Positions 49,887 through 60,569 of a stretch of DNA of 64,000 nt are shown here, piece after piece. Position 1 is the stretch's first letter; every line of letters starts with the position of its first letter. This DNA comes from an uncultured Arcobacter sp. GTDB taxonomy: Bacteria; Campylobacterota; Campylobacteria; Campylobacterales; Arcobacteraceae. Location: contig OZ223300.1 of the NCBI GenBank assembly GCA_965140705.1, forward strand, positions 448,001-512,000, written 5' to 3'. The notes under the pieces are model-generated. The model ran no database searches. It was not told the DNA's origin and was given only the letters and a program-made list of their open reading frames with translations. Position numbers and translations under genes: made by a program.

Positions 49887-50016
49887 AACAGCATATTTTA
49901 CCTCTATCTGCGTTGTCGAAATTTTTTACTCAGTCACTTACTAAAGCGTAAGCTCCTTCCTAAAAAACTTCTCCGCCTTGATATAGAAAAAATCTACTAT
50001 TTTCTTTTACCCTATC
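49872..50016. repeat. ERIC-like long imperfect palindrome, copy 2 (about 145 bp)
   Basis: Termini GATAGAGTAAAA / TTTTACCCTATC; core CGTTGTC...CAGTCACTTAC-TAAAGC-GTAAGCTCC...TCCGCCTTG; overlaps the dxs 3' end. Confidence 0.75.
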
Positions 50017-50071
50017 TTTGGTATACTTTTTTAGATAATTATGAAAATTTTAAATGTAAAGGCAGTATATT

Positions 50072-50266
50072 ATGAAACGATTGAATGAAGCAGGAATTAC
50101 ATTAATAATTTTTGGTTTATCTATAATTATTTTTTTTGTGATTTTCGATATTAAAAGTACTCATAAATACTCTGAATCAGAAGCTTTACCAATAGGCATT
50201 TTTTCAATATTTATGGGTTCTCTTATATTAGTAATCAAACATTATGTAAGAAAATATTATAAATAA
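50072..50266 (+). CDS. Small hypothetical membrane protein (2 TM)
   Basis: 64 aa, two hydrophobic helices, basic C-terminus, AAGG upstream. Confidence 0.6.
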   Translation: MKRLNEAGITLIIFGLSIIIFFVIFDIKSTHKYSESEALPIGIFSIFMGSLILVIKHYVRKYYK

Positions 50267-50297
50267 AATAGATCTTTTTAGACTAATTTAACTTAGT

Positions 50298-50846
50298 TCA
50301 ACCCAAAAATGCCTTCAATTTTTCCACACATAATCCCATCGCCGTACTTTCATATCCTATCACTTCTTTGATATATGGCTTACAAAATCCCTCCACCATA
50401 ATAGCTCCTGCTTTTCCTATCCATTCATTTGAGTCTAGGTAGTTTTGCATATCTTTTTCATCGAACTTTTCGAAGATGTATGTGCTGATTGATATGTCTA
50501 TTAGTTCTAGGGTTTTGCTTTTGTATTTCATACAGCTTATTACTGAGGTTTGGTTTCCACTTTGTAGTTCCAACATTCTTTTGGCATCATTTTTATCTTT
50601 TGCTTTTCTAAGTAGCAAGTTATTTGTAGTAACTACTGAATCAGATACTAAGAGGGGATATTCTTCTACTCCATATTTTTTGTATAGTTCATCAAACTTT
50701 CCTAAGGTTGCTTGATAGGCGAAACTTTTTGGGTTTTGGGTTGTGATTGTGTCTTCATCAAACTCTCCTCCACTTTGGATGAACTCTATATTATGGGCTT
50801 TTAGAATCTTAGCTCTAGTGGGTGATTTTGAACCTAATCTTATCAA
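50298..50846 (-). CDS. maf: Maf-family nucleoside triphosphate pyrophosphatase
   Basis: LGSKSPTR, FDE, SDSVV, GKAGA, G...AMGL. Confidence 0.9.
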   Translation of the reverse strand: MIRLGSKSPTRAKILKAHNIEFIQSGGEFDEDTITTQNPKSFAYQATLGKFDELYKKYGVEEYPLLVSDSVVTTNNLLLRKAKDKNDAKRMLELQSGNQTSVISCMKYKSKTLELIDISISTYIFEKFDEKDMQNYLDSNEWIGKAGAIMVEGFCKPYIKEVIGYESTAMGLCVEKLKAFLG

Positions 50847-50885
50847 TAAACTTCCTTTTTAATTCAATTATGATATTTTACGCAA

Positions 50886-52058
50886 ATGAAACAAAATATT
50901 AAATATAACTTACCAAAAGGTTTCGTTTTTATACTTGCAATGTTGGGCTCAATTACTCCTCTTGCTATTGATGTATATCTTCCAGCTTTTAAAAATATCG
51001 CAAACTATTTTTATACTTCTATTGATGAAGTTGAAATTACTTTAAGTATTTATCTCTTAGGTTTTTCTCTTGGACAATTAATTGGTGGCCCCTTATCTGA
51101 TAGATATGGAAGAAAGATTTTTATACTTACAGGTTTATGTATATATATTACTTTTTCTTTATTGATTTCACAAGCTTCATCTATCCATGAACTTTGGGCT
51201 TTTAGGTTTTTTCAAGCTATAGGAGGTGGTTTTGCAGTTGTAAATACAAATGCTATTATTAGAGATATTTATCATGGAAAAGAATCAGCAAGGGTATTTT
51301 CTATCATCTCTATGATTATGATGGTGGCACCTATGATTGCTCCTATTATTGGAACTACGATTTTAAGTTTTTATTCTTGGAAGTATATTTTTATATTTTT
51401 AGCTATTTATACATTTTGTATAATTTATTTTATTACAAAATTACCAGAAACTTCTCCTAAAATAAGAAATAAAAATATTTTTAAAAACTATGGAAGAATC
51501 TTTTTAAATAAAAAAGCGATACTTCTTATTTTAGCTGGTGGATTTGGTTTTTCTGGAATGTTTGTTTATATTACTAAGTCTTCATTTATTTATATGGATT
51601 ATTTTGGAGTCGATGCAAAACATTTTACGCTTTTATTTGGATTAAATGTATTTACTTTGATTATTTTTAGTAGATTAAATATGCACTTCTTAAAAAAATA
51701 TGCAACTTTTAGTTTACTTCGTTTTGGAGTATCTTTACAGTTATTAAGTGCTATAGGTTTATATGCTTTTAATGAACATAATACCATAATAAGCGTTGCG
51801 ATTTTTATTATGATATATGTAGGTGCCTTGGGATTTATTTTTGCAAATGCTATTGCTTTGGTTCTTGAAGACTTTGGGGATATAAGTGCTACAACAAACT
51901 CTTTATATGGAGTAATAGGTTTTATTATTGCCTCATTTGTTGGATTTTTAGCAAGTTATTTCCATGATGATACTTTAAGCCCAATATTTATTTTGATGGC
52001 TACTACCTCTACTTTATCATTTCTGATATTACTATATATAAAAAAATTTAAAGTGTGA
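50886..52058 (+). CDS. Bcr/CflA-family MFS multidrug efflux transporter
   Basis: AID.YLPAF, GQL..GPLSDRYGRK, RFFQA.G, APIIG, LPET. Confidence 0.9.
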   Translation: MKQNIKYNLPKGFVFILAMLGSITPLAIDVYLPAFKNIANYFYTSIDEVEITLSIYLLGFSLGQLIGGPLSDRYGRKIFILTGLCIYITFSLLISQASSIHELWAFRFFQAIGGGFAVVNTNAIIRDIYHGKESARVFSIISMIMMVAPMIAPIIGTTILSFYSWKYIFIFLAIYTFCIIYFITKLPETSPKIRNKNIFKNYGRIFLNKKAILLILAGGFGFSGMFVYITKSSFIYMDYFGVDAKHFTLLFGLNVFTLIIFSRLNMHFLKKYATFSLLRFGVSLQLLSAIGLYAFNEHNTIISVAIFIMIYVGALGFIFANAIALVLEDFGDISATTNSLYGVIGFIIASFVGFLASYFHDDTLSPIFILMATTSTLSFLILLYIKKFKV

Positions 52059-52061
52059 TTT

Positions 52062-52955
52062 ATGAGATATTATATTTATTTGGTTTTAGCAGTTTTATTT
52101 TGGTCTGGAAATGTTGTTGTAGGTAGATATGTTTCTACAGATATTTCACCCATGGAATTATCATTTTTTAGATGGTTTTTTGTGGTATTGATACTTTCAC
52201 CTTATACTATCAAAAATAGAAAAAGATTAATATCTATATTTAAACAAAATCCACTTTTATATTTACTTTGTGGGACTTTGGGGATTAGTGCTTATAATAC
52301 TTTTATTTATTTGGGAGTAGAGCATTTAACAGCTACAAATACTTTATTAATAAACTCTTCAATTCCTATTTTTATAATTATTTTATCTTCAATATTAATA
52401 AATACAAAAATAACAAAACTACAAGGTTTTGGAATATTCCTATCAACTATAGGAGTTATATATTTACTATTAAAAGGTGAATACGAAGCCTTAATGAAAT
52501 TAGAGTTTACAAGATATGATTTATGGATTATTTTAGCTTGTATTACTTGGGCTATATATTCTATATATTTGAAGTTTAAACCAAAAGATATAAAGCCTTT
52601 AGAGTTTTTGTCTATTATTACTTTTATTGGGGTTGTGATACTATTTTTAGTTTGTGTAATATTTGGATTTAAATTTGAGTATGGATTTTTGCATGATGAT
52701 AAATTATTATTTACTTTAATGTATGTATCAATCTTTCCTTCAGTATTGTCATTTTATTTTTGGAACAGTGCAACATATGAAGTTGGAGCTACAAAGGCTG
52801 GTCAATTTATCCATTTAATGCCAGTTTTTGGTTTTATTTTGGCATATATATTTTTAAATGAGTCTTTACATCCTTATCATATTGTAGGTATTGCTTTTAT
52901 TGCTACGGGTATTTATTTGTCAATATTTTTAAAAAGGGTTCAAGTTGCTAAATAA
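52062..52955 (+). CDS. DMT/EamA-family transporter
   Basis: FWSGN.VVGR, FFRW, about 10 TM, HLMPVFG...LNE. Confidence 0.88.
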   Translation: MRYYIYLVLAVLFWSGNVVVGRYVSTDISPMELSFFRWFFVVLILSPYTIKNRKRLISIFKQNPLLYLLCGTLGISAYNTFIYLGVEHLTATNTLLINSSIPIFIIILSSILINTKITKLQGFGIFLSTIGVIYLLLKGEYEALMKLEFTRYDLWIILACITWAIYSIYLKFKPKDIKPLEFLSIITFIGVVILFLVCVIFGFKFEYGFLHDDKLLFTLMYVSIFPSVLSFYFWNSATYEVGATKAGQFIHLMPVFGFILAYIFLNESLHPYHIVGIAFIATGIYLSIFLKRVQVAK

Positions 52956-54219
52956 TATTTCTGGAGTATTGATCTTTTTATCTTTTCTATTTACGAATAT
53001 TGCATATTTTATAGATAGTAATCTTTTGATTTATGCAAGCTGTTTTGCATGGATAGCTTTTTTATTACTTTTTATTACTTTAGGTAAAAAGAAGATAATA
53101 GTTACACTTTTGATTTTGAGTTTATTGTGTTTTTTATTTTCATACATAAAAGGCTTTGATATAAATGTAATAAAAGCTTTGAGTATAAATCAGTATCTTC
53201 TTACTTTACTTATAGGAGTTACCTTTTTAAAACTTATTGCCACACCAAAGTTTGAAAAAAAAGCAAAAGTAGAATCAGGCAAAAGCTCTTTTTTTAAAAC
53301 TTATTTAGGAGTGCATCTTTTTGGTTCAGTGATAAATCTTTCATCTTTGATTTTAATAGCAGATAAGATGTATAAAAAAGGTCCACTATCAAAACTACAG
53401 TTAGTAGTACTTACAAGAGCTTTTTCATCAGATGCTTACTGGTCACCATTTTTTGTAGCCTTTGCAGCTGCTTTAACATACTTGCCAAACTTTGATAAAT
53501 CAACAATCTTTTTTAGTGGAATCATACTTGCTCTTATAGCTTTAATAGTGACTTATTTTGAAGTTGGGAAAAAGTTTGAATTAGAGAGTTTCCAAGGTTA
53601 TCCTATCTCTTTAGAGACACTTTATATCCCAGTATTATTGGTAATATTTATTTTGATAACAAAATATTATGAAGAGAACTTGAAAGTTATTATTTTAGTG
53701 AGTATCTATTCTTTATTATTGACTATTTTTATTTCACTAATAAAAGTAAATTTTACAAAAACACTTCACTTATTTAAACAACACATTACAAGTGATTTAC
53801 CTAAGATGAAGATGGAAATATCACTATTTTTGGTTGCTGGTTTATTTGGAGTTTCTGTTAGTACGATTTTAAATGGATACCATATAACAGTTCCTTTTAC
53901 GCAATTTACCTATGTGGAAGCTTCTATTACTTTATTAGGATTTATATTGTTGTCTTTTATAGGAATTCATCCTATTATTACTATTGCTGTAATTGCTAGT
54001 TTTTTACTTCAATTCAATCATACTTTGTTGGCAGTTACTTTTTTAATGGCTTGGGCAATTACTGTTTCTTCTTCACCTTTTAGTGGATTAAATTTGACTA
54101 TTCAAGCAAGATATAATGTAGAAGCAAAAGAGGTATTTTTATTAAATCTTCCATTTGTAATAAAGATGTACATAGTTTGCGTAATAGCACTTTATATTTT
54201 AGATAAGTTTATACTATAA
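52945..54219 (+). CDS. Polytopic membrane protein, probable transporter of unknown family
   Basis: More than 10 hydrophobic segments; RAFSSDAYWSPFF, GIHP, SPFSG motifs. Confidence 0.65.
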   Translation: MLNNISGVLIFLSFLFTNIAYFIDSNLLIYASCFAWIAFLLLFITLGKKKIIVTLLILSLLCFLFSYIKGFDINVIKALSINQYLLTLLIGVTFLKLIATPKFEKKAKVESGKSSFFKTYLGVHLFGSVINLSSLILIADKMYKKGPLSKLQLVVLTRAFSSDAYWSPFFVAFAAALTYLPNFDKSTIFFSGIILALIALIVTYFEVGKKFELESFQGYPISLETLYIPVLLVIFILITKYYEENLKVIILVSIYSLLLTIFISLIKVNFTKTLHLFKQHITSDLPKMKMEISLFLVAGLFGVSVSTILNGYHITVPFTQFTYVEASITLLGFILLSFIGIHPIITIAVIASFLLQFNHTLLAVTFLMAWAITVSSSPFSGLNLTIQARYNVEAKEVFLLNLPFVIKMYIVCVIALYILDKFIL

Positions 54220-54291
54220 GATAATATCATACATATTTCATACATAATTTATATACTTAATAAAACTAACAATAAGAAGGGCAAATAAACT

Positions 54292-55221
54292 ATGAGTCTA
54301 TTTTTTTTAATTTTACTAAAAGTGTTCCCTATTTATATCAATGTGATTTTAGGATATTTATCTACAAAATATCTTCATGTAAAAAGAGAATCAATAGCAG
54401 CATTACTTATTTATATTTTAGGTCCTATTGTAGTTTTTTCAGCAACTTTAAGTGTTAAGATTAACTTTGCAGTTGCTTTTTTACCTATATTTTTATATAT
54501 ATTTTGTTCGGCTTTAGCTTTTGGCTCACTTTATTTATTTAAAAATTCTTGGTCTGATCCTACAGGAAATATCTTAGCCTTTTCAGCAGGGACAGGAAAT
54601 ACTGGATATTTTGGTATTCCCCTTGCAATTATATTTTTCCCTCCTGCTTTAGCAGATATTTATATTTTTACCGTATTGACTTCTTTGTTGTATGAAAGTA
54701 CTACAGGATTTTATGTGACAGCAAAGGGTAATTTTACAGTTTCGCAAGCTTTAAAGAAAATGTCAAAGTTACCAATTCTTTATGCTTTTATTTTAGGAAT
54801 AATACTAAATTTAGTAGGTTTTGAAATACCTCAAGCTATAAGCTCTTATACTGCGCAATTTAAAGGTGCTTATGGAATCTTAGGAATGATGATGCTTGGT
54901 ATGGGCTTGATTGGTTTAAAAAATAGTGATGATAATTTTGATGTGAAGTTTATCTCTATAACATTTTTTATGAAATTTATTTTTTGGCCTTTAGCAATTG
55001 TAGGATTTATCTATTTAGATAAAACATTTTTCATGTTTTTAAATGAAGATTTATATAAAGTTTTATTTCTTTTTGCAATTGTACCCCTTGCAGGCAATAC
55101 AGTAACTCTAGCGGTGTTATTAAATGCAAAACCAGAAAAGGCAAGTTTGGCTGTGTTTTTAAGTACAGTAGTCTCTGTTATAGCAATACCACTATATATA
55201 TTTTGGTATGGAGGATTTTAA
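54292..55221 (+). CDS. AEC (auxin efflux carrier)-family transporter
   Basis: GNTGYFGIPL, PILYA, LGMMMLG, P.AGNT, LST. Confidence 0.85.
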   Translation: MSLFFLILLKVFPIYINVILGYLSTKYLHVKRESIAALLIYILGPIVVFSATLSVKINFAVAFLPIFLYIFCSALAFGSLYLFKNSWSDPTGNILAFSAGTGNTGYFGIPLAIIFFPPALADIYIFTVLTSLLYESTTGFYVTAKGNFTVSQALKKMSKLPILYAFILGIILNLVGFEIPQAISSYTAQFKGAYGILGMMMLGMGLIGLKNSDDNFDVKFISITFFMKFIFWPLAIVGFIYLDKTFFMFLNEDLYKVLFLFAIVPLAGNTVTLAVLLNAKPEKASLAVFLSTVVSVIAIPLYIFWYGGF

Positions 55222-55718
55222 TTAGTATTTAAAATTCTTCTTGCTTTCCAATAGTGAGCTCTCCAATATGGATTTGATAAACTAGATATCATAACTCCAT
55301 GGGATGTTGATACATGCATAAAATCACCATGGCTTAAATATATCCCCACATGTCTAGAGCCTTTTTTATTTGTTAGAAAAAATACTAAATCCCCAGTTTT
55401 TAAATCTTTTTTCTTGACACTTTTCCCACTTCTTGATTGGTATAAGGTAGTTCTTGGGATATTTTTTCTTAATTCTTTTCTATATACATCATAAACTAAA
55501 TAGGAACAATCAATCCCATTTCTATCTTGCCCACCATATTTATAACCCACTCCTTGCCATTGTCTATAGTGAGCAAGTAGAGCATCTGAGACATTTATAT
55601 GATTATATGTAGTATTAGTTTTATATGCAGATAGGGGTTTTGTTGGAGTATAAGGATTTTTTGTAGAACAACCAGTTATTAAAAATAATAAGAAAATTGA
55701 AAAGAATATGGTTTTCAT
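55218..55718 (-). CDS. NlpC/P60 lipoprotein peptidoglycan endopeptidase
   Basis: Lipobox LITGC; Y.YGG...GIDCS, PRT, GDLVFF, HVGIY; ATG 55718 with AGGA RBS. Confidence 0.9.
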   Translation of the reverse strand: MKTIFFSIFLLFLITGCSTKNPYTPTKPLSAYKTNTTYNHINVSDALLAHYRQWQGVGYKYGGQDRNGIDCSYLVYDVYRKELRKNIPRTTLYQSRSGKSVKKKDLKTGDLVFFLTNKKGSRHVGIYLSHGDFMHVSTSHGVMISSLSNPYWRAHYWKARRILNTN

Positions 55719-55775
55719 GATATATCCTAAAAGAATTATGTAATATATCAAAAAAGAGCTAAAGAGTAAAGAGGA

Positions 55776-56255
55776 TTAAAATCCTCTTAGTGTAACTCCT
55801 ATAAAAATTGCAATAACTCCCAATATTATATTTGTAGGTATAAATATTTTTGCTATTGGTTCTAAAGTAGCTTTTGCAAGGGATAATTCACCCTTATCAA
55901 AATATTTTTGAGCTTTTATTCTTTTTATATAAATATAAATAAAGATTAAAGTCATAATAGTCCAAATAATCTCTTTTGCTATTGCAAATTTATATAAAGG
56001 TGTTGCTTTTAGTTCAAGTCCTAAAATCATCATAATTGCAGTAAGTAATAATATTAAAATAGCAGGAATAACCAGGTTAAAAAATCTCTTTAGATTTTCT
56101 AAGGTTCTAGCTAATTTTATCTTAGGCTCTTCTATATTTTGCATAGAGTAATGAATAGCAAATCTAACAGCTATCATTCCTCCTACCCATAATACAGCAG
56201 AAATTACATGTAAAAATATAATTACATCTGGCATTGTTAAAAATAATTCTTTCAT
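55776..56255 (-). CDS. Four-TM membrane protein, CopD/DUF4149-like
   Basis: FLHVISAVLWVGGM. Confidence 0.65.
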   Translation of the reverse strand: MKELFLTMPDVIIFLHVISAVLWVGGMIAVRFAIHYSMQNIEEPKIKLARTLENLKRFFNLVIPAILILLLTAIMMILGLELKATPLYKFAIAKEIIWTIMTLIFIYIYIKRIKAQKYFDKGELSLAKATLEPIAKIFIPTNIILGVIAIFIGVTLRGF

Positions 56256-56264
56256 TTTAAAACC

Positions 56265-58817
56265 TTATAAATTCTCTTTTGCATAAGCTAGTGCTTTTGC
56301 TTTTGCCTCATCTACTTTTGATACATCTTTTCCACCAGCTTGTGCGAAGTCAGGTCTACCACCTCCACCTCCACCAACAATTGGAGCAATTTCTTTTATC
56401 CAATTACCAGCTTTGATATTTGTGTTTTTACTTCCAGCTACAAGCATAACTTTGTCATCTTTTGCTTGAATTAAAAGTATTGCTACTTTTTCATTTCCAT
56501 TTTTTGCATCATCAACTATTTTTTTAATATCACCATTTTTTACAATGTCTACTATTACTTTTGTATCACCAATCATCTCTTCAGCTATTGGTGTAGTTGA
56601 AGCACTTTGAGCTTCAATAACTTCTTGTTTTAAAGTTTTAATTTGCTCTTTTAGTTTTTTAATACCAGAAATTACATCACTGTTTTTGATTTCACTTTCT
56701 ATCTCATTCATTTTAGAAATTATAGAATTAGTATATCTAATAGCAGCAGCTCCACAAACAGCTTCTATTCTTCTTACCCCTGCACTAACACCTGATTCTT
56801 TTAAAATATAAAAACTTCCGATATCAAGTGTATTCCTTACATGTGTTCCACCACAAAACTCTACAGAAACATCACCAAAGTTTACAACTCTTACCATATC
56901 TCCATATTTTTCACCAAACATTGCAATAGCACCTCTTTGTTTAGCTTCTTCTATAGGAAGTTCTTCAACACTTCCTTTTAGTCCTCTTGTAATCATAGAG
57001 TTAACTAAATCTTGTACTTCTTCTATTTGCTCAGCTGTCATAGCTTTAGGATAAGTAAAGTCAAATCTTAATCTTGAAGAATCATTTAATGAACCAGCTT
57101 GTGAAACAGTATCACCTAAAACCATTTTAAGTGCACTTTGTAAAAGGTGAGTAGCACTATGATGTTTTGCAACTTCATATCTATTTACTACAACTGCATT
57201 TACTATATCACCTTTTTCTAAACTTGAAGTTTCCACTTTTATTTTTGAAAGATTTATTCCATGGAACTTAGAAGTCTCTTCAATAATTGCAATATGTTGT
57301 TTATCTTCTAAAGCTCCAATGTCTCCACTTTGTCCACCACTTGTAGCATAAAATGGTGTTTTATCAAGCATTATCCAACCAGTTTGTCCCTTTTCTAAAG
57401 AATCAACTTCATTGAATTTTTCATCAAGTAGAGTGACAATTGTACTTTTGTATGAAGTATTCTCATATCCAACAAATTCATTTATCCCATATTTTTCAAG
57501 TAATACTTTAAAATCACCTTCACTAGCTTCATCTCCACTACCTTTCCAAGCAGCTTTAGCTTTAGCTTTTTGTGCATTCATAAGTTTATCAAATGTTTCA
57601 ATATCAACTTTTAAATCTTTTTCTCTTAACATATCTTCTGTTAAGTCTAAAGGGAATCCATAAGTATCATATAATTTGAAGGCAACTTCTCCTGAGAAAA
57701 GCTCTTTTGTATTTACTAATTCGTCATTAAATAAGCTCATTCCTGAAGCAATAGTTTTGAAAAATCTCTCTTCTTCAAGCTCTATTTGTTCTTTTATAAA
57801 TGAAGCTTGCTCTTTTAATTCTGTATAGTGTTCGCCCATCATAGAAATTAATACATCTACAAGTTTTGACATAAATGCTTCTCTAAAGCCTAATAAATAT
57901 CCATGTCTAACAGCACGTCTAAGAATTCTTCTATTTACATAAGGACGACCTTCATTTCCAAATAAAATTCCTTGAGATAGCATAAATGATACAGCTCTTA
58001 AGTGGTCTGCAATTACTCTATATGAACCAATAGTCTCTTTTGTTGGTTGTTTTTTGGCTAATTTAGCTACTTCATTTACAAGTGGTTTGAAATTAGATGA
58101 GTCAAAGTTATTTAAAACACCTTCTTTAATTGCAATAACTCGCTCTAAACCCATTCCTGTATCAATTGATGGCTTTGGAAGTGGAGTTCGAACACCATTA
58201 CTTTGTTCATATTGCATAAATACTAAGTTCCAAATTTCTAAAAATCTATCACCATCTCCACCTAAATAGTCTTCATCACTTCCAAAGTTTTCAACACCTT
58301 GGTCATAAAAAATTTCACTACAAGGACCACATGGACCAGTATCACCCATAGCCCAGAAATTGTCTTTATCTCCAAATCTTTTGATTCTTGTAGGGTCAAT
58401 ATGTTTTTTCCAAATATTAAAAGCTTCATCATCAGTTTCATGTATAGTTACCCATAATTTATCAATAGGTAAGGCTAAATTAACTGTAATAAATTCCCAA
58501 GCATAAGCTATAGCATCTTCTTTAAAATAATCACCAAATGAGAAGTTACCTAACATTTCAAATAATGTATGATGTCGTGCTGTATATCCTACATTTTCTA
58601 AGTCATTATGTTTACCACCAGCTCTAATACACAACTGACATGATGTTGCAGTTGGATTTTTTGGAGCTGGAATAGCACCTGTAAATATGTCTTTAAATTG
58701 AACCATACCTGCATTTGTAAAAAGAAGTGTTGGGTCATCTGGGACTAGTGGCATAGAAGATATTACTTCATGTCCTTTGCTTTTAAAAAAATCTAAATAC
58801 TCTTTTCTGATATCCAT
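56265..58817 (-). CDS. alaS: Alanine--tRNA ligase
   Basis: [55 protein letters not shown]. Confidence 0.97.
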   Translation of the reverse strand: MDIRKEYLDFFKSKGHEVISSMPLVPDDPTLLFTNAGMVQFKDIFTGAIPAPKNPTATSCQLCIRAGGKHNDLENVGYTARHHTLFEMLGNFSFGDYFKEDAIAYAWEFITVNLALPIDKLWVTIHETDDEAFNIWKKHIDPTRIKRFGDKDNFWAMGDTGPCGPCSEIFYDQGVENFGSDEDYLGGDGDRFLEIWNLVFMQYEQSNGVRTPLPKPSIDTGMGLERVIAIKEGVLNNFDSSNFKPLVNEVAKLAKKQPTKETIGSYRVIADHLRAVSFMLSQGILFGNEGRPYVNRRILRRAVRHGYLLGFREAFMSKLVDVLISMMGEHYTELKEQASFIKEQIELEEERFFKTIASGMSLFNDELVNTKELFSGEVAFKLYDTYGFPLDLTEDMLREKDLKVDIETFDKLMNAQKAKAKAAWKGSGDEASEGDFKVLLEKYGINEFVGYENTSYKSTIVTLLDEKFNEVDSLEKGQTGWIMLDKTPFYATSGGQSGDIGALEDKQHIAIIEETSKFHGINLSKIKVETSSLEKGDIVNAVVVNRYEVAKHHSATHLLQSALKMVLGDTVSQAGSLNDSSRLRFDFTYPKAMTAEQIEEVQDLVNSMITRGLKGSVEELPIEEAKQRGAIAMFGEKYGDMVRVVNFGDVSVEFCGGTHVRNTLDIGSFYILKESGVSAGVRRIEAVCGAAAIRYTNSIISKMNEIESEIKNSDVISGIKKLKEQIKTLKQEVIEAQSASTTPIAEEMIGDTKVIVDIVKNGDIKKIVDDAKNGNEKVAILLIQAKDDKVMLVAGSKNTNIKAGNWIKEIAPIVGGGGGGRPDFAQAGGKDVSKVDEAKAKALAYAKENL

Positions 58818-58955
58818 GTAAATTTCCAATTATAATTTAAGAGCAAATATTCTAGCTAAAATATAATTTATTAAAGATTATATGTAAAAAAGTACAAGTT
58901 TATTTAAAGTTTAAGTCTGTATAATTTTTGAAATAATACACATAAAGGAACGTTG

Positions 58956-59273
58956 ATGGGTAAATATATAGAATTGACACAAGATAACTTTGAAGCAACA
59001 GTAAAAGAAGGAATCTCAATGGTAGATTTCTGGGCACCATGGTGTGGACCTTGTAGAATGTTAGCTCCAGTAATTGACGAATTAGCTGGTGATTTCGAAG
59101 GAAAAGCAAATATTTGTAAAGTAAATACTGATGAAGAGCAAGATTTAGCTGTTAAATATGGTGTTAGATCTATCCCTACAGTAATTTTTATGAAAGATGG
59201 AGAAGTTGTTGACCAAATGATTGGTGCTGCTTCTAAACAAGCTTTCTCTGATAAAATTAACTCTTTATTATAA
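58956..59273 (+). CDS. trxA: Thioredoxin
   Basis: WCGPC, SIPT. Confidence 0.97.
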   Translation: MGKYIELTQDNFEATVKEGISMVDFWAPWCGPCRMLAPVIDELAGDFEGKANICKVNTDEEQDLAVKYGVRSIPTVIFMKDGEVVDQMIGAASKQAFSDKINSLL

Positions 59274-59294
59274 TATATAATAACAAATACCTCT

Positions 59295-59328
59295 AAAAAG
59301 AGTAAGAGATTTTCTCTTACTCTTTTTT
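59295..59328 (+). terminator. Rho-independent terminator after trxA
   Basis: AAAAAGAGTAAGAGA-TTT-TCTCTTACTCTTTTTT. Confidence 0.8.
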
Positions 59329-59470
59329 ATTTCTAACATTAAATTTTCTTTAAAAAAAGATTCTAAAAAATAAAACAATTGCATAATTAATCTATTTTAC
59401 TGTTTAATACGATAAATATTATTAAAGGAAAAAAATTATCCTTTAAAAGTTAAATTAAAAGGAAGAAGAG

Positions 59471-60400
59471 ATGTTAGATTTAGCGATAATCGGAGGCGGA
59501 CCAGCAGGATTAACAGCAGGGTTGTATTCGACAAGAGGTGGATTGAAAAATGTTACTATGTTTGAGATGGGTATGCCAGGAGGACAAATAACAGGAAGTA
59601 GTGAAATAGAGAATTACCCAGGACAAGTAGAAATAGTAAGTGGTATGGATTTGATGGAATCATGGCCAAAACAAGCAATGAGATTTGGATTAAAACATGA
59701 AATGAATCAAGTTTCAAAAGTAACAAAAACAGGTGAAGTATTCACAGTAGAATTGAGTGATGGAACAAAACAAGAAGCAAAATCAGTATTGCTAGCAACA
59801 GGATCAGTTCCAAAAAAAGGTGGATTTAAAGGAGAAGATGAATTCTTCGGAAGAGGAGTATCAACTTGTGCCACTTGTGATGGATTCTTTTATAAAAATA
59901 AAGAAGTAGCAGTAATAGGAGGAGGAGACTCAGCCTTAGAAGAAGCAGTGTACCTTTCAAAAATGTGTTCAAAAGTATATTTAGTGCATAGAAGAGATAC
60001 ATATAGAGCAGCACCAAGTACAATAGAACATATGAAAGCTTGTGAAAATATAGAAGAAGTAACAAATGTAACAGTAGAAGAAGTGTATGGAGATGCAACA
60101 GGAGTACTTGGACTAAAAGTAAAAAGTAAAGAGACAGGTGAGATAAGAGACTTAGCAGTACCAGGAGTATTTACATTCGTAGGAAGAGATGTGTTAAGTG
60201 ATAGCTTAAAACAAGATGATGGAAGTTACCTATGTGAAGTAAATGAAGCAACAGAAGTAGTGGTAGATTTAAAGATGAGAACAAATGTACCAGGATTATA
60301 TGCAGCAGGTGATGTAAGAATAGATGCAGCGAAACAAGTAGTGTGTGCAGCTGCTGATGGTGCTACTGCCGCTGTTAATATTATTGAATATGTGGGTTAA
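59471..60400 (+). CDS. trxB: Thioredoxin-disulfide reductase
   Basis: GGGPAGL, IENYPG, CATCDG, GGGDSA.EEA, HRR, AAGD. Confidence 0.97.
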   Translation: MLDLAIIGGGPAGLTAGLYSTRGGLKNVTMFEMGMPGGQITGSSEIENYPGQVEIVSGMDLMESWPKQAMRFGLKHEMNQVSKVTKTGEVFTVELSDGTKQEAKSVLLATGSVPKKGGFKGEDEFFGRGVSTCATCDGFFYKNKEVAVIGGGDSALEEAVYLSKMCSKVYLVHRRDTYRAAPSTIEHMKACENIEEVTNVTVEEVYGDATGVLGLKVKSKETGEIRDLAVPGVFTFVGRDVLSDSLKQDDGSYLCEVNEATEVVVDLKMRTNVPGLYAAGDVRIDAAKQVVCAAADGATAAVNIIEYVG

Positions 60401-60436
60401 AATAATTAATAGATTACTCTTTACATAATAAATTAT

Positions 60437-60471
60437 AAAAAAGATAAAGCTTTAACTTTATCTTTTTTTTT
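60437..60471 (+). terminator. Rho-independent terminator after trxB
   Basis: AAAAAAGATAAAG-CTTTAA-CTTTATCTTTTTT. Confidence 0.75.
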
Positions 60472-60505
60472 ACTTAAATACAATACTTAAATATAAAACT
60501 TAAAA

Positions 60506-60540
60506 AATGTCACACTAATGCCATATGAAACTTATATCAT
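60506..60540 (+). promoter_or_regulatory. 11-bp-period direct repeat plus -10 upstream of the DASS transporter
   Basis: AATGTCACACT AATGCCATATG, then TATCAT at 60535-60540. Confidence 0.45.
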
Positions 60541-60569
60541 TTCATAAATAACAAAATGAAAGGTTTATT

